From: an uncultured delta proteobacterium
Lineage (GTDB): Bacteria; Myxococcota_A; Polyangia; Polyangiales; Polyangiaceae
Length of the DNA stretch: 64,000 bases
NCBI GenBank assembly: GCA_963782055.1
Contig: CAWAIF010000003.1
Coordinates: 3,200,001 to 3,264,000, forward strand
Direction of reading: 5' to 3'
Shown: piece by piece, positions 38,213-47,544 of the stretch
Numbering within the stretch: the stretch's first letter is position 1
How the letters are laid out: every line of letters begins with the position of its first letter
Notes under the pieces: generated by a model
The model's database searches: none
What the model saw: the letters and a program-made list of their open reading frames with translations, nothing else
What the model was told of the DNA's origin: nothing
Made by a program: the position numbers and the translations under genes

Positions 38213-38589
38213 GGATGTGAGCTTCGCTCACATCCCTCTCAGGACTGGTCCCATGGAGGGGCGGCACGCGCCGCCCCTCCCCGCCCAAGTGAATTGGGCG
38301 GGGCCCCACCCCACGCGGGCCCTCCGCTGCGCGTCGGGCGGATGTGAGCTTCGCTCACATCCTCTCAGGACTGGTCCCATGGAGGGGCGGCACGCGCCGC
38401 CCCTCCCCGCCCAAGTGAATTGGGCGGGGCCCCACCCCACGCGGGCCCTCCGCTGCGCGTCGGGCGGATGTGAGCTTCGCTCACATCCTCTCAGGACCGG
38501 TCCCATGGAGGGGCGGCACGCGCCGCCCCTCCCCGCCCAAGTGAATTGGGCGGGGCCCCACCCCACGCGGGCCCTCCGCTGCGCGTCGG
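38213..38589. repeat. Three tandem near-identical 126-127 bp multi-hairpin units (BIME/REP- or MITE-like)
   Basis: Units start at 38213, 38340 and 38466. They differ by one extra C (unit 1) and one T>C (unit 3). Each has three 10-11 bp stems. Confidence 0.95.
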
Positions 38590-38617
38590 CGCCCTCCACC
38601 CACCATCCCCTCTTGCT

Positions 38618-38657
38618 CCCCCTCTCCCTCGTAGGGAGAGGGGGTCGGGGGGTGAGG
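38618..38657. repeat. REP-like hairpin CCCCCTCTCCCT-CGT-AGGGAGAGGGGG...GGGGTGAGG (copy 2)
   Basis: Perfect 12-bp stem; same family as 23673-23710; just downstream of the accA stop. Confidence 0.75.
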
Positions 38658-38670
38658 CGGGGTGAGGCCG

Positions 38671-39621
38671 TCAGGCGACGTACGCGCCGATGGCGCGGAA
38701 GCGGGCGTAGCGGTCCTGGACGAGCTGCTCGGGCGTCATGCGGAGCAGCTCGCGGAGGGTCTCGTGGATCGCCGAGCCCACCAGGCGCGCGGCGAGGTCG
38801 GGGTCCTGATGCGCCCCGCCAGGGGGCTCGTCCACCACCCGCTCCACCACCTTCAGCGAGAGCAGGTCGGAGGAGGTCATCTTCAGCCGCTCGGCGGCGA
38901 GGTCCGCCTTGTTGCCGTCCTTCCAGAGGATGGAGGCGCACCCCTCCGGCGAGATGACCGAGTAGGTCCCGTACTCCTGCACCAGCACGCGGTTCGCCAC
39001 GGCCAGGGCGAGCGCGCCGCCGCTGCCGCCCTCGCCGATGATCGTCGCGATGATGGGGACGCGCGCGCGGAACATGGCCGCGATGCACGCGCCGATGGCC
39101 TCGCTCTGCCCGCGCTCCTCTGCGCCGATGCCCGGGTACGCGCCCTGCGTGTCGACGAAGGTGAGGATGGGCAGGCCGAAGCGGTCGGCCAGGGCGTAGA
39201 GGCGCGCCGCCTTGCGGTTGCCCTCCGGGTTGGCCTGCCCGAAGTTGCGCGTCACCTTCTCCTTGGTGGAGCGCCCCTTCTGGTGGCCGACGACGACGAC
39301 GCTGCGCCCGCGGAAGCGCCCGACGCCGCCGACGACGGCGGGGTCGTCGCCGAAGCGGCGGTCACCGTGCAGCTCGTGGAAGTCCTCGATGAGCCGCTCG
39401 ACGTAGTCGAGGGTGTAGGGCCGCTGCGGGTGGCGACAGAGCTGGACCTTCTGCCACGGGGTGAGCCCGGCGAAGAGCTCCCGCGCGAGGCGTCCGGTCT
39501 TCTCCTCCAGGCGGCGCAGCTCCGGCTCCAGCGCGCGGTCGCTCTCGGAGAGGTCGCGTAGCTCGCGCACCTTCTCGAGCAGATCGACGATGGGCTTCTC
39601 GAACGGCAGGACGTACGACAT
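38671..39621 (-). CDS. accA: Acetyl-CoA carboxylase carboxyltransferase alpha subunit
   Basis: [61 protein letters not shown]. Confidence 0.97.
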   Translation of the reverse strand: MSYVLPFEKPIVDLLEKVRELRDLSESDRALEPELRRLEEKTGRLARELFAGLTPWQKVQLCRHPQRPYTLDYVERLIEDFHELHGDRRFGDDPAVVGGVGRFRGRSVVVVGHQKGRSTKEKVTRNFGQANPEGNRKAARLYALADRFGLPILTFVDTQGAYPGIGAEERGQSEAIGACIAAMFRARVPIIATIIGEGGSGGALALAVANRVLVQEYGTYSVISPEGCASILWKDGNKADLAAERLKMTSSDLLSLKVVERVVDEPPGGAHQDPDLAARLVGSAIHETLRELLRMTPEQLVQDRYARFRAIGAYVA

Positions 39622-39627
39622 CGACCC

Positions 39628-41586
39628 TCAGCGCGCGGCCGCCGTCGGCTTCTCGCGCTTGACGTTGAAGATGCGGAGCGGCTTCTCCTTGCCCTTCAGG
39701 TTGGCCGGGGGGAGCTCCTCCACCTCGAAGCGGTTGCCCAGCTTCTGCAAGGTGTTCTCGCTGACGATGATCTGCCCGGCGAGGGCGATGCCGCAGAGGC
39801 GGGCGCTGGTGTTCGCCGTGTCGCCGATGACGGTGTAGCTGAGCGCCTTGCTGCTGCCGACGTAGCCGGCGACGAGCGGCCCGGTGTGGATGCCGATGCC
39901 GATGGCGAGCGGCGCCTGCCCGCGCTCCACGCGCGCGCGGTTGAAGCGGCCGAGCACTTCCATCTGCTCGAGCGAGCTCTGCATGCAGAGGATGGGGTCG
40001 TCCGGGTGGTGCGCGGGCGCGCCCCAGATGGCCATGATGCCGTCGCCCATGAACTTGTCGAGCGTGCCCTCGTACTTGAAGATCGTCTCCACCATGAGCT
40101 CGAAATACTCGTTGAGCATCTCGATCATCTCCTCCGGCGGGGCGCCCTCGCTCATGCGGGTGAAGCCGCGGATGTCGCTGTTGAAGATGGTGCAGTCGTC
40201 CAGGAGCTGACCGCCCAGCTTCACCTCGAGCTTGCCGCTGATGACCTGCTCGGCCACGTTGGGGGAGAGCAGGCGGCTGAAGCGCTCGCGGGTGACGATC
40301 TCCTGCTCGATCTTGCGCGCGAGGAGGTTGTTCTCGATGAACATGGCCGCCTGGTTGCCGACGGCGGTGATCATCTCCAGGTCCTTCTGCTGGAACTGGG
40401 CAAGCGACTCGGAGTCCAGCCAGAGCGCGCCGAGCACATCTTGCTCGTGGAGCAGCGGCACCACGATGGCGCTGGAGATGCGGTTGAGGATCATCGACTT
40501 GCCCTTGGAGGCGGCGAAGTCCATCGACGCGTCGTGCGTGAGCACGCTCGCGCGCTCGCGGATGACGTGGTTGAGGATGGTGGAGCTGACCTGGATGGGG
40601 GCGTCGGTGCCGTCGCGCCGTCGCGCCGCGCGCGGCTGCAGCGTGCCGTCCGGCTCGCGCAGCAGGATGACGCCGCGGTCGGCGTTGACGAAGCGGAAGA
40701 GCGCCTGGAGGATCTTCTCCAGGAGCTTCTCCAGGTCGCGCTCCAGGCTGATGTCGCGGGTGAGCTCCCAGGTGATGCGCAGGCGCTCGTAGTCCAGGCG
40801 GAGCTGCTGCGGGTCCTGGGCGATCTGGTCGAAGGGGACGAAGCCCTTCTGCTGCGCGGCGATCTGCGTGCCGATGGCGCGCGCGGAGTCCAGGACGTCG
40901 ACGCGGGTGCCGCTGAAGCTGGGCGGGCGGTTGGCTCGCGGCGGCTGTCCGAGGGTGGGCGGGAAGCCCGGCATGTGCGAGGCGCCGGGCGCCATCGGCA
41001 CGGTGCCCATCGGCCCGCCGCTCATCGGACTGCCAGGCGCTCCTGGCAGCCGGGGGGTCATGGGCTGCGGGCGGGGCATCGACTGCGGCTGGGGCTGCAT
41101 CACCGGCTGCGGCTGGAAGGCCGGGCCGGAGCCCATGCGCGGCTGCTGCTGCTGCCCGGGCGCCATCATGGAGGCGGGGAGCTGGCCGGGCTGCTGCTGC
41201 GGCCAGGCGGGTGGCTGTTGCTGCTGCTGCATCATCCCGCCGGGCTGCGGCTGCTGGATGGCGCCGGGGCTGATGGCGGAGGGGCCATATTGCAGCGGGG
41301 CAGAGCCGTCGTCGAAGCGGGCGCGGGTGGAGCCGAGGGCAATCTCGTCGCCGTGCCGCAAGACCTGCTCCCCGCGGACTCGCTCCCCGTTGATGTAGGT
41401 CCCGTTCAGGCTCCCCAGGTCACGAAGAACGAAGTGTCCCTCGCGCTGCTCGACGATGCAGTGCTCCTTGGAGACGATCTTGTCGAGGAGCTGGATCGAG
41501 TTGTTGGGGTGTCGACCCAGGCTGTTGATGGGTCGTAGCTCGATCGCTTGCTGCCCTTCTGCGGTCGCAAGAATGAGACGAGCCAT
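39628..41586 (-). CDS. FHA-GAF-class III adenylate cyclase
   Basis: FHA (LGR..VSKEH..DLGSLNGT), Gln/Pro linker, GAF (SAIVVPL), cyclase (SDIRGFT, DKFMGDG, GIGIHTG, YTVIGDTANTSARL). Confidence 0.93.
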   Translation of the reverse strand: MARLILATAEGQQAIELRPINSLGRHPNNSIQLLDKIVSKEHCIVEQREGHFVLRDLGSLNGTYINGERVRGEQVLRHGDEIALGSTRARFDDGSAPLQYGPSAISPGAIQQPQPGGMMQQQQQPPAWPQQQPGQLPASMMAPGQQQQPRMGSGPAFQPQPVMQPQPQSMPRPQPMTPRLPGAPGSPMSGGPMGTVPMAPGASHMPGFPPTLGQPPRANRPPSFSGTRVDVLDSARAIGTQIAAQQKGFVPFDQIAQDPQQLRLDYERLRITWELTRDISLERDLEKLLEKILQALFRFVNADRGVILLREPDGTLQPRAARRRDGTDAPIQVSSTILNHVIRERASVLTHDASMDFAASKGKSMILNRISSAIVVPLLHEQDVLGALWLDSESLAQFQQKDLEMITAVGNQAAMFIENNLLARKIEQEIVTRERFSRLLSPNVAEQVISGKLEVKLGGQLLDDCTIFNSDIRGFTRMSEGAPPEEMIEMLNEYFELMVETIFKYEGTLDKFMGDGIMAIWGAPAHHPDDPILCMQSSLEQMEVLGRFNRARVERGQAPLAIGIGIHTGPLVAGYVGSSKALSYTVIGDTANTSARLCGIALAGQIIVSENTLQKLGNRFEVEELPPANLKGKEKPLRIFNVKREKPTAAAR

Positions 41587-41685
41587 CCGTCCTCGGGGTC
41601 TGACTGTACGAGGCTTCGCGTCCGCGGAGAAGGGGAGAGATGCGGAAGCGCAAACCTGCTAAGAAACGGTTGAGGGACGCAACGT

Positions 41686-44457
41686 ATGCCCGAGGACGGA
41701 CGAGCCGCCCAAGACGAACGCCAACAGCCCAGCGCGCGGAACGAGCCGCAGGGTGCCGAGCCTAGCACGCAACGGGCGTCCGCCTCCGCGCAAACGGCAA
41801 GAAGCGACGCCGAGCCGCCGCCGGCTGCCCCGTGGACGGAGCTCGCCTCGCCGGAGCCGCCGCCGGCCACGCCGGCGTCCACCCTGCGCGACCGGCTCCG
41901 GGTCCCGTCCGATCGGGTGACGGTCCACACCGACCCCTTGATCCTGCCTGAACAGGCCGCCGAGACGGGGGGGCTCTTCGAGCTGGCCTCCCCCATCGCC
42001 CGGCGGGCGCTGGAGCTCGGCCTGCTGGCCCGGGAGCCCAGCTTCCACGTGTACGTGGCCGCGGACCCCGACATGCTCGTCGAGAACGACGTCGTCCACT
42101 ACGCCGAGCGGCTGGCGCGCGAGCGCGCCGCGACCGCCCCGCCGCCCCCGGACGTGGTCTACGTGCACGACTTCGACCACCCGGAGGCGCCGGTGCCGCT
42201 GGTGCTGCCCGCCGGGGTGGCCCAGCGCCTCGCCGACGCCGTGGCCGCGTGTGTGGCCACCCTGAAGGAGCAGCTCCCGGGGCTCGGGGAGTCGGAGCCG
42301 GTGCGCGAGGCCCACGCCGCGCTCGGCCGGGAGCTGGAGGCGCGCAACCGGGAGGTGCTCTCCGGCCTGGAGATCACCGCCAAGACGCTCGGCTTCGGCG
42401 TGCGGTCGGTGCAGGGCGGCGTGCAGACTTACCCCATCCTCCACGGCAAGCCGCTCACCGCCGAGCAGTTCGAGGCGCTGGACGAGACGACCAAGCGCGC
42501 CCTCGGGCAGGCGGAGCAGCGGCTCACGCAGGAGGTGGAGCGATCGGCCGAGCGGGTGCAGGAAGCTGGTGAGCGCTTCGCCGAGGCGCGCAAGCGCGCC
42601 ATGGCCGTGGCGGCGCGCGCCATCGCCGAGCAGGCCGCCGAGCCCCTGGGCGAGCTGGCGAGCCACGGGCCGGAGGTGGCGCGGTGGCTGGAGCAGGTCA
42701 AGGCCGCCCTCGTGCACGACTGGGAGGACTTCCTCGACGAGTCGGACGAGGAGGCGCACAAGACGAGCACCGCCGAGTCCGCCGACGAGGACCCGGAGTA
42801 CGCGCGGCGCCTCGGGCGCTTCCGCGTGAACCTCTTCGTGAGCCACGACGCCTCCGCGCCTCCGCCGGTCGTCTACGACACCAACCCGACCTACCCGCAC
42901 CTCTTCGGCTACCTGGAGCGTCGCATGCGCTTCGGCGCGCTGCTCACCGACTTCTCGCGCATCCGCGCGGGGTCGCTGCAGCGCGCGTCGGGCGGGGTGC
43001 TGGTGGTGCGCGCGGCCGACGTGCTGGCGGACCCCATCATCTGGGAGCGGCTCAAGCGCGTGCTGCGAGAGCGACGCATCGGCGCGGAGGACCCGCTCGG
43101 CCCGCTCGGGCTCTACGCCACCTCCTTGCGGCCGGTGCCGGCGCCCATCCGCGTGCGCGTGGTGCTGGTCGGTTCGCAGGAGCTGTACGCCGCGCTGCTC
43201 GCGAGCGACCCCGACTTCGCCTCCCTCTTCCGCGTCAAGGTGGAGGTCGAGCCGACGATCGCCCGCCGGGAAGAGGGCCTGCGCCGCCTGGACGCCTACC
43301 TGATGGCCATGGCACGCGAGCGCGAGTGGGGGCGCTTCGATCGCGGCGCGCGGGCGCGGTTGCTCGACCTCGCCACGCGCCTCGCAGGCCACCAGGAGAA
43401 GCTCGCCCTCAGCCTCTCCCCGCTGGAGGAGACGGCCGCCTTCGCGAGCGCCATCGCCACCGCGCGCGTCACCGGCGCCCACGATCCCGGCGCGCACCAG
43501 GAGGAGCAGGACGAGAGCCGCCCTCGGTTCCGCGCGTCCATCCCCCCGCCCTCCATGACCCTGGTCACCGCCGAGGACATCGAGAGCGCGTGGCGCGAGC
43601 GTCGCGACCGCGCCGGCGCCGCCGAGCGGATGCTGCGCGAGCTGACGCTGCGCGGGGAGGTGGTGCTGGATCTCGTCGGGGCGCGCGTCGGCGTCGTCAA
43701 CGGCCTGAGCGTCTTCTTCGCCGGGGACGTGGAGTTCGGCCAGCCGATGCGCATCACCGCGGTGGTCGCCCTCGGCCGGGAGGGCATCGTGGACGTGGAG
43801 CACGAGGCGCAGCTCGGCGGGGCCATCCACACCAAGGGCGTGGCCATCCTGCGCGGCTACCTCGGGCGGATGTTCGGGCAGGAGCGGCCGCTCAGCCTGC
43901 GCGCGCAGCTCGCCATCGAGCAGAGCTACGGCGAGGTGGACGGCGACAGCGCGTCGTCCAGCGAGCTCTTCGCGGTGCTGAGCTCTCTGGCGGAGCTGCC
44001 CATCGACCAGAGCGTCGGCGTCACCGGGAGCGTGAACCAGCTCGGGGAGCTGCAGGCCATCGGCGGCGTGTGCGCCAAGATCGAGGGTTTCTTCGATCTC
44101 TGCGCGGCGCGCGGCCTCACCGGCAACCAGGCGGTCATGCTGCCGCGCGCCAACGTCGCCCACCTGGTGCTGCGGCAGGACGTCGCCCGCGCCATCCAGG
44201 AGGGGACCTTCCACCTGTACGCGGTGGACGACGTCGCGCAGGGCATCGAGCTGCTCACCGGCGTGCCCGCGGGGGAGCGCGACGAGGCCGGTCGCTTCCC
44301 TGCGTCCAGCGTCTTCGGGCGGGTGGAGCGGCGCCTCATCGAGATCGCCGAGCGCCTGCGCGAGGCGGAGGGCCACGTCCGCCATCACGACGCCCGCGAC
44401 GACTCCGACGTGTCGCAGAGCGATCTTTCCGATGCAACCGACTTCCGGGTGCGGTAG
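41686..44457 (+). CDS. Lon-like (LonC/LonB-type, S16) protease with degenerate AAA module
   Basis: FRVNLFV, NPTY..LFG, IRAGSL..ASGG, VNGLSV, FGQPMRITA, EQSYGEVDGDSAS (Ser), GGVCAKIEGFF (Lys). Confidence 0.9.
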   Translation: MPEDGRAAQDERQQPSARNEPQGAEPSTQRASASAQTARSDAEPPPAAPWTELASPEPPPATPASTLRDRLRVPSDRVTVHTDPLILPEQAAETGGLFELASPIARRALELGLLAREPSFHVYVAADPDMLVENDVVHYAERLARERAATAPPPPDVVYVHDFDHPEAPVPLVLPAGVAQRLADAVAACVATLKEQLPGLGESEPVREAHAALGRELEARNREVLSGLEITAKTLGFGVRSVQGGVQTYPILHGKPLTAEQFEALDETTKRALGQAEQRLTQEVERSAERVQEAGERFAEARKRAMAVAARAIAEQAAEPLGELASHGPEVARWLEQVKAALVHDWEDFLDESDEEAHKTSTAESADEDPEYARRLGRFRVNLFVSHDASAPPPVVYDTNPTYPHLFGYLERRMRFGALLTDFSRIRAGSLQRASGGVLVVRAADVLADPIIWERLKRVLRERRIGAEDPLGPLGLYATSLRPVPAPIRVRVVLVGSQELYAALLASDPDFASLFRVKVEVEPTIARREEGLRRLDAYLMAMAREREWGRFDRGARARLLDLATRLAGHQEKLALSLSPLEETAAFASAIATARVTGAHDPGAHQEEQDESRPRFRASIPPPSMTLVTAEDIESAWRERRDRAGAAERMLRELTLRGEVVLDLVGARVGVVNGLSVFFAGDVEFGQPMRITAVVALGREGIVDVEHEAQLGGAIHTKGVAILRGYLGRMFGQERPLSLRAQLAIEQSYGEVDGDSASSSELFAVLSSLAELPIDQSVGVTGSVNQLGELQAIGGVCAKIEGFFDLCAARGLTGNQAVMLPRANVAHLVLRQDVARAIQEGTFHLYAVDDVAQGIELLTGVPAGERDEAGRFPASSVFGRVERRLIEIAERLREAEGHVRHHDARDDSDVSQSDLSDATDFRVR

Positions 44458-44466
44458 GCGACGCTT

Positions 44467-46422
44467 ATGACTGTCCTGTCCCGGGGGCTCCGCGTCTTCT
44501 TTCTCGCCACCGTCGCGGCGATCGCCGCCCTCGGTCCGGGCTGCTCGTCCGACGCCCCGCCCCCCGGCGATCCCACCGCCGGCGTGCCCGACGGCTGCGA
44601 TCCGCTCGTGCCGGAGCACTGCGGCTACCCGTTCCCCAACGACTTCTGGCTGGTGGGGGAGGGCGCCTCCCGGCACATCGCCTTCGGGGCGAACACGCTG
44701 CCGCTCGTGAACCACGGCACCACGACCGCCACCATCGACCCGAACGCGCTCTCCGACCGCGACGGCTTCTCCCCCGGCGAGGAGGCGCTGACCTTCCTGC
44801 CGGGCGCGACGGTGACGGGGCTGGCCACGCCGGACACCATCGAGCGGTCGTTGCAGCCGGACTCGCCGACGGTCCTGATCGAGGCGGACACGGGCGCGCT
44901 CGTCCCGCACTGGGCAGAGCTGGATCAGTCCACCTTCCACCCCGACGACCAGGCGCTGATGATCCGACCCGTCGTGCGCCTGAAGGACGACACGCGCTAC
45001 ATCGTGGCGGTGCGCCACGTGGTCGACGCCGACGGCGCCGCCATCCCCGCGCGCCCGGCGTTCGCCGCCCTGCGAGACAAGACGCCGACGACGAGCGCGG
45101 CGCTGGAGGCGCGTCGCGATCACTTCGAGGACATCTTCGCCCGGCTCGCGGCGGCGGGCGTCGCGCGGCAGGACCTGCAGATCGCGTGGGACTACACCAC
45201 CGCGACGCGCGACAACACGACGGGCGATCTCGTAGCGATGCGCGACGCGGCGCTCGCCGCGGTGGGCGATCAGGGCCCGGAGTACACCATCACCAGCGTG
45301 GAGACCGCGCCCAACCAGTACCTGGCCGCGCGCCTGCACGGCATGATGACGGTGCCGCTCTTCTTGGACTCGCCGGACCCGGGCGACGACGTGCACATCC
45401 ACCGCGGGCCGGACGGCAAGCCGCAGCAGAACGGCACCGCGCAGTACCCCTTCCTGGTGCTGGTCCCCAAGAGCGCCACCGCCGCGAACCCGGCGGCCAT
45501 CCTGCAGAACGGGCACGGCCTGCTCGGCGCGCTCACCGAGGGCGAGGACGGCTACTTCGCCGAGATGTGCGGCACCTACAACTACGTCGGCATCGCGGTC
45601 GACTGGATCGGCATGGCGCACGACGACATCCAGACCAACATCGACGCGGCGACGGTCAACCCGCTCATCTTCAAGAGCGCGGTGGCGCGCCAGCACCAGG
45701 GCTTCGTCAACGCGCTGCTCGCCATGCGCATGATGAAGGGGCGGATGAAGGACGACCCCAACCTCCAGGACAACGGCAAGACCATCCTGGACCCGACGCA
45801 GGCCTTCTACCGCGGCGACAGCCAGGGCGGCATCTTCGGCACGACGTACATGTCCATCTCCACCGACGTGACGCGCGGCCTGCTGGGCGAGCCGGGCATG
45901 CCCTACAACCTGCTGCTCGACCGCTCCGCCGATTTCTCCGGCTACAAGCTGCTGCTCAAGGGCGCGTACCCCAACGGCCTGGACGTGCGCCTCGTCGAGG
46001 GCCTGCTCCAGATCCTCTGGGACAAGACCGAGCCCGACGGCTACGTCCCCTACCTCGCCGAGAACATGCTGCCGGGCACGCCGGCGCACCGCGTGCTCAT
46101 CGACGTGGCCATCGGGGACCACCAGGTGACGCCGCTCGGGGCGCACATCATCGCCCGGACGGTGGGCGCGAAGAACATCTCCCCGGTCAACCGCAAGGTG
46201 TACGGCATCGACGAGGCGGCGGCCCCCATCTCCGACGGCTCGGCCATGGCGGAGTACGACTTCGGCCTGCCCAAGTCGCCCATCATCAACCTGCCGCCGC
46301 ACGACGGCGAGGACCCGCACGACAAGCTCCGTTACCTGCCGCAGGCGATGCAGCAGGCGGACGACTTCTTCCGCACCGGGACCTTCGTCAATCACTGCAA
46401 CGGGCCTTGCACGGGCCAGTGA
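44467..46422 (+). CDS. Lipoprotein alpha/beta hydrolase with N-terminal Ig-like region
   Basis: Lipobox-like GPGC; YPFPNDF, DGFSP, IRPVVRL; NGHGLLG oxyanion, YRGDSQGG (GxSxG), GDHQV, DPH. Confidence 0.78.
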   Translation: MTVLSRGLRVFFLATVAAIAALGPGCSSDAPPPGDPTAGVPDGCDPLVPEHCGYPFPNDFWLVGEGASRHIAFGANTLPLVNHGTTTATIDPNALSDRDGFSPGEEALTFLPGATVTGLATPDTIERSLQPDSPTVLIEADTGALVPHWAELDQSTFHPDDQALMIRPVVRLKDDTRYIVAVRHVVDADGAAIPARPAFAALRDKTPTTSAALEARRDHFEDIFARLAAAGVARQDLQIAWDYTTATRDNTTGDLVAMRDAALAAVGDQGPEYTITSVETAPNQYLAARLHGMMTVPLFLDSPDPGDDVHIHRGPDGKPQQNGTAQYPFLVLVPKSATAANPAAILQNGHGLLGALTEGEDGYFAEMCGTYNYVGIAVDWIGMAHDDIQTNIDAATVNPLIFKSAVARQHQGFVNALLAMRMMKGRMKDDPNLQDNGKTILDPTQAFYRGDSQGGIFGTTYMSISTDVTRGLLGEPGMPYNLLLDRSADFSGYKLLLKGAYPNGLDVRLVEGLLQILWDKTEPDGYVPYLAENMLPGTPAHRVLIDVAIGDHQVTPLGAHIIARTVGAKNISPVNRKVYGIDEAAAPISDGSAMAEYDFGLPKSPIINLPPHDGEDPHDKLRYLPQAMQQADDFFRTGTFVNHCNGPCTGQ

Positions 46423-46449
46423 TGATGCGCCTGCTATGCTGACCGCGCG

Positions 46450-47544
46450 ATGCCCGAAGGCCTGAAGCACCTGCTGCGTCCGGAGCTGTCCGAGCTGCGC
46501 GCGTACGTGCCGGCTCATCCGGAGGGCATCCGCGTGCGGCTGGACGCCAACGAGGCGCCGCCGCTCCGCTCGCCCGCGGTGCACGAGGCGGTACGCGCGG
46601 CGCTGGCGGCGGTGCCGCTGGAGCGCTACCCCGACGCGCGCGCGCTGGAGCTGAAGGAGGCCATCGGGAAGGTGACGGGCGCCCGGCCGGAGGAGCTGCT
46701 GGTGGGCTCCGGCTCCGACGAGGTGATCGCGCTCGTGCTCACCGCCATGGCGCGCCCGCGCCCTCGAGCCCCGCAGGCGACGATGCTCACCGCCACGCCG
46801 ACCTTCGTCATGTACCGGGTGAGCGCGCGGGCCCACGGCATCAAGCCGGTGGAGGTGCCGCTGGACGCCGCGTGGGATCTGGACGTCGGGGGGATGAAGC
46901 GCGCGGTGGAGCTGCTCGCGCCCAACGTGGTGTTCATCGCCAGCCCCAACAACCCGACAGGCAACCGCATGACCCTCGCCCGCGTGGAGGCGGTGCTGGA
47001 GGCGGCGGCCGACGCGCTGGTCATCGTGGACGAGGCGTACATCGACTACGCGGGGGAGTCGCTGCGCGGGCTGCGCGCGCGCCACCCCAACCTGGGCATC
47101 CTGCGCACGGTGAGCAAGCTGGGGCTCGCGGCCCTGCGCGTCGGCTGGCTGGAGGCGGACGCCGCGCTCGTCGCCGAGCTGGACAAGGTCCGCCAGCCCT
47201 TCAACCTGAGCGCGACGAGCCAGGCCGCGGCGGCCGCGGTGCTGCGCGTGGCGTGGGGCGCCGTCCGCGAGCACGTCGGGGCGGTGTGCGCGGAGCGCGA
47301 GCGCCTGGTGGCCGAGCTGGGCCGCCTGGAGGGCGTCACGCCCTCGCCCACGTCCGCCAACTTCGTCTGGGTGGAGACGGCGCGGGAGGCGGCGCAGGTT
47401 CACGCGCAGCTGCAGGAGCGCGGGGTGCTGGTGCGCAGCTTCCACGCCGTGGGTGGCCGGCTGAAGCATCGCCTTCGCGTCACCGTCGGCACGCCGGAGC
47501 AGGACGACATCATGCTGGCGGCCCTCGCCGAGGCGGCGCGATGA
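46450..47544 (+). CDS. hisC: Histidinol-phosphate aminotransferase
   Basis: RLDANE, RYPD, GSDE, SPNNPTG, DEAY, RTVSKLGLAALRVG, ANFV, LRVTVG. Confidence 0.93.
   Translation: MPEGLKHLLRPELSELRAYVPAHPEGIRVRLDANEAPPLRSPAVHEAVRAALAAVPLERYPDARALELKEAIGKVTGARPEELLVGSGSDEVIALVLTAMARPRPRAPQATMLTATPTFVMYRVSARAHGIKPVEVPLDAAWDLDVGGMKRAVELLAPNVVFIASPNNPTGNRMTLARVEAVLEAAADALVIVDEAYIDYAGESLRGLRARHPNLGILRTVSKLGLAALRVGWLEADAALVAELDKVRQPFNLSATSQAAAAAVLRVAWGAVREHVGAVCAERERLVAELGRLEGVTPSPTSANFVWVETAREAAQVHAQLQERGVLVRSFHAVGGRLKHRLRVTVGTPEQDDIMLAALAEAAR

Noticed and set aside
38213..38589. CRISPR or guide-RNA array
   Set aside because: The units are near-identical over their whole 126 bp, with no unique spacers and no cas genes in the window.
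38217..39088. ORFs 38217-38957 (+) and 38228-39088 (-) with 42-aa repeats
   Set aside because: They are by-products of the 126-bp palindromic repeat and overlap accA; no protein-like features.
41659..47469. 1936-aa minus-strand ORF
   Set aside because: Antisense shadow of the Lon-like, hydrolase and hisC genes. High GC3 suppresses stops on the opposite strand.
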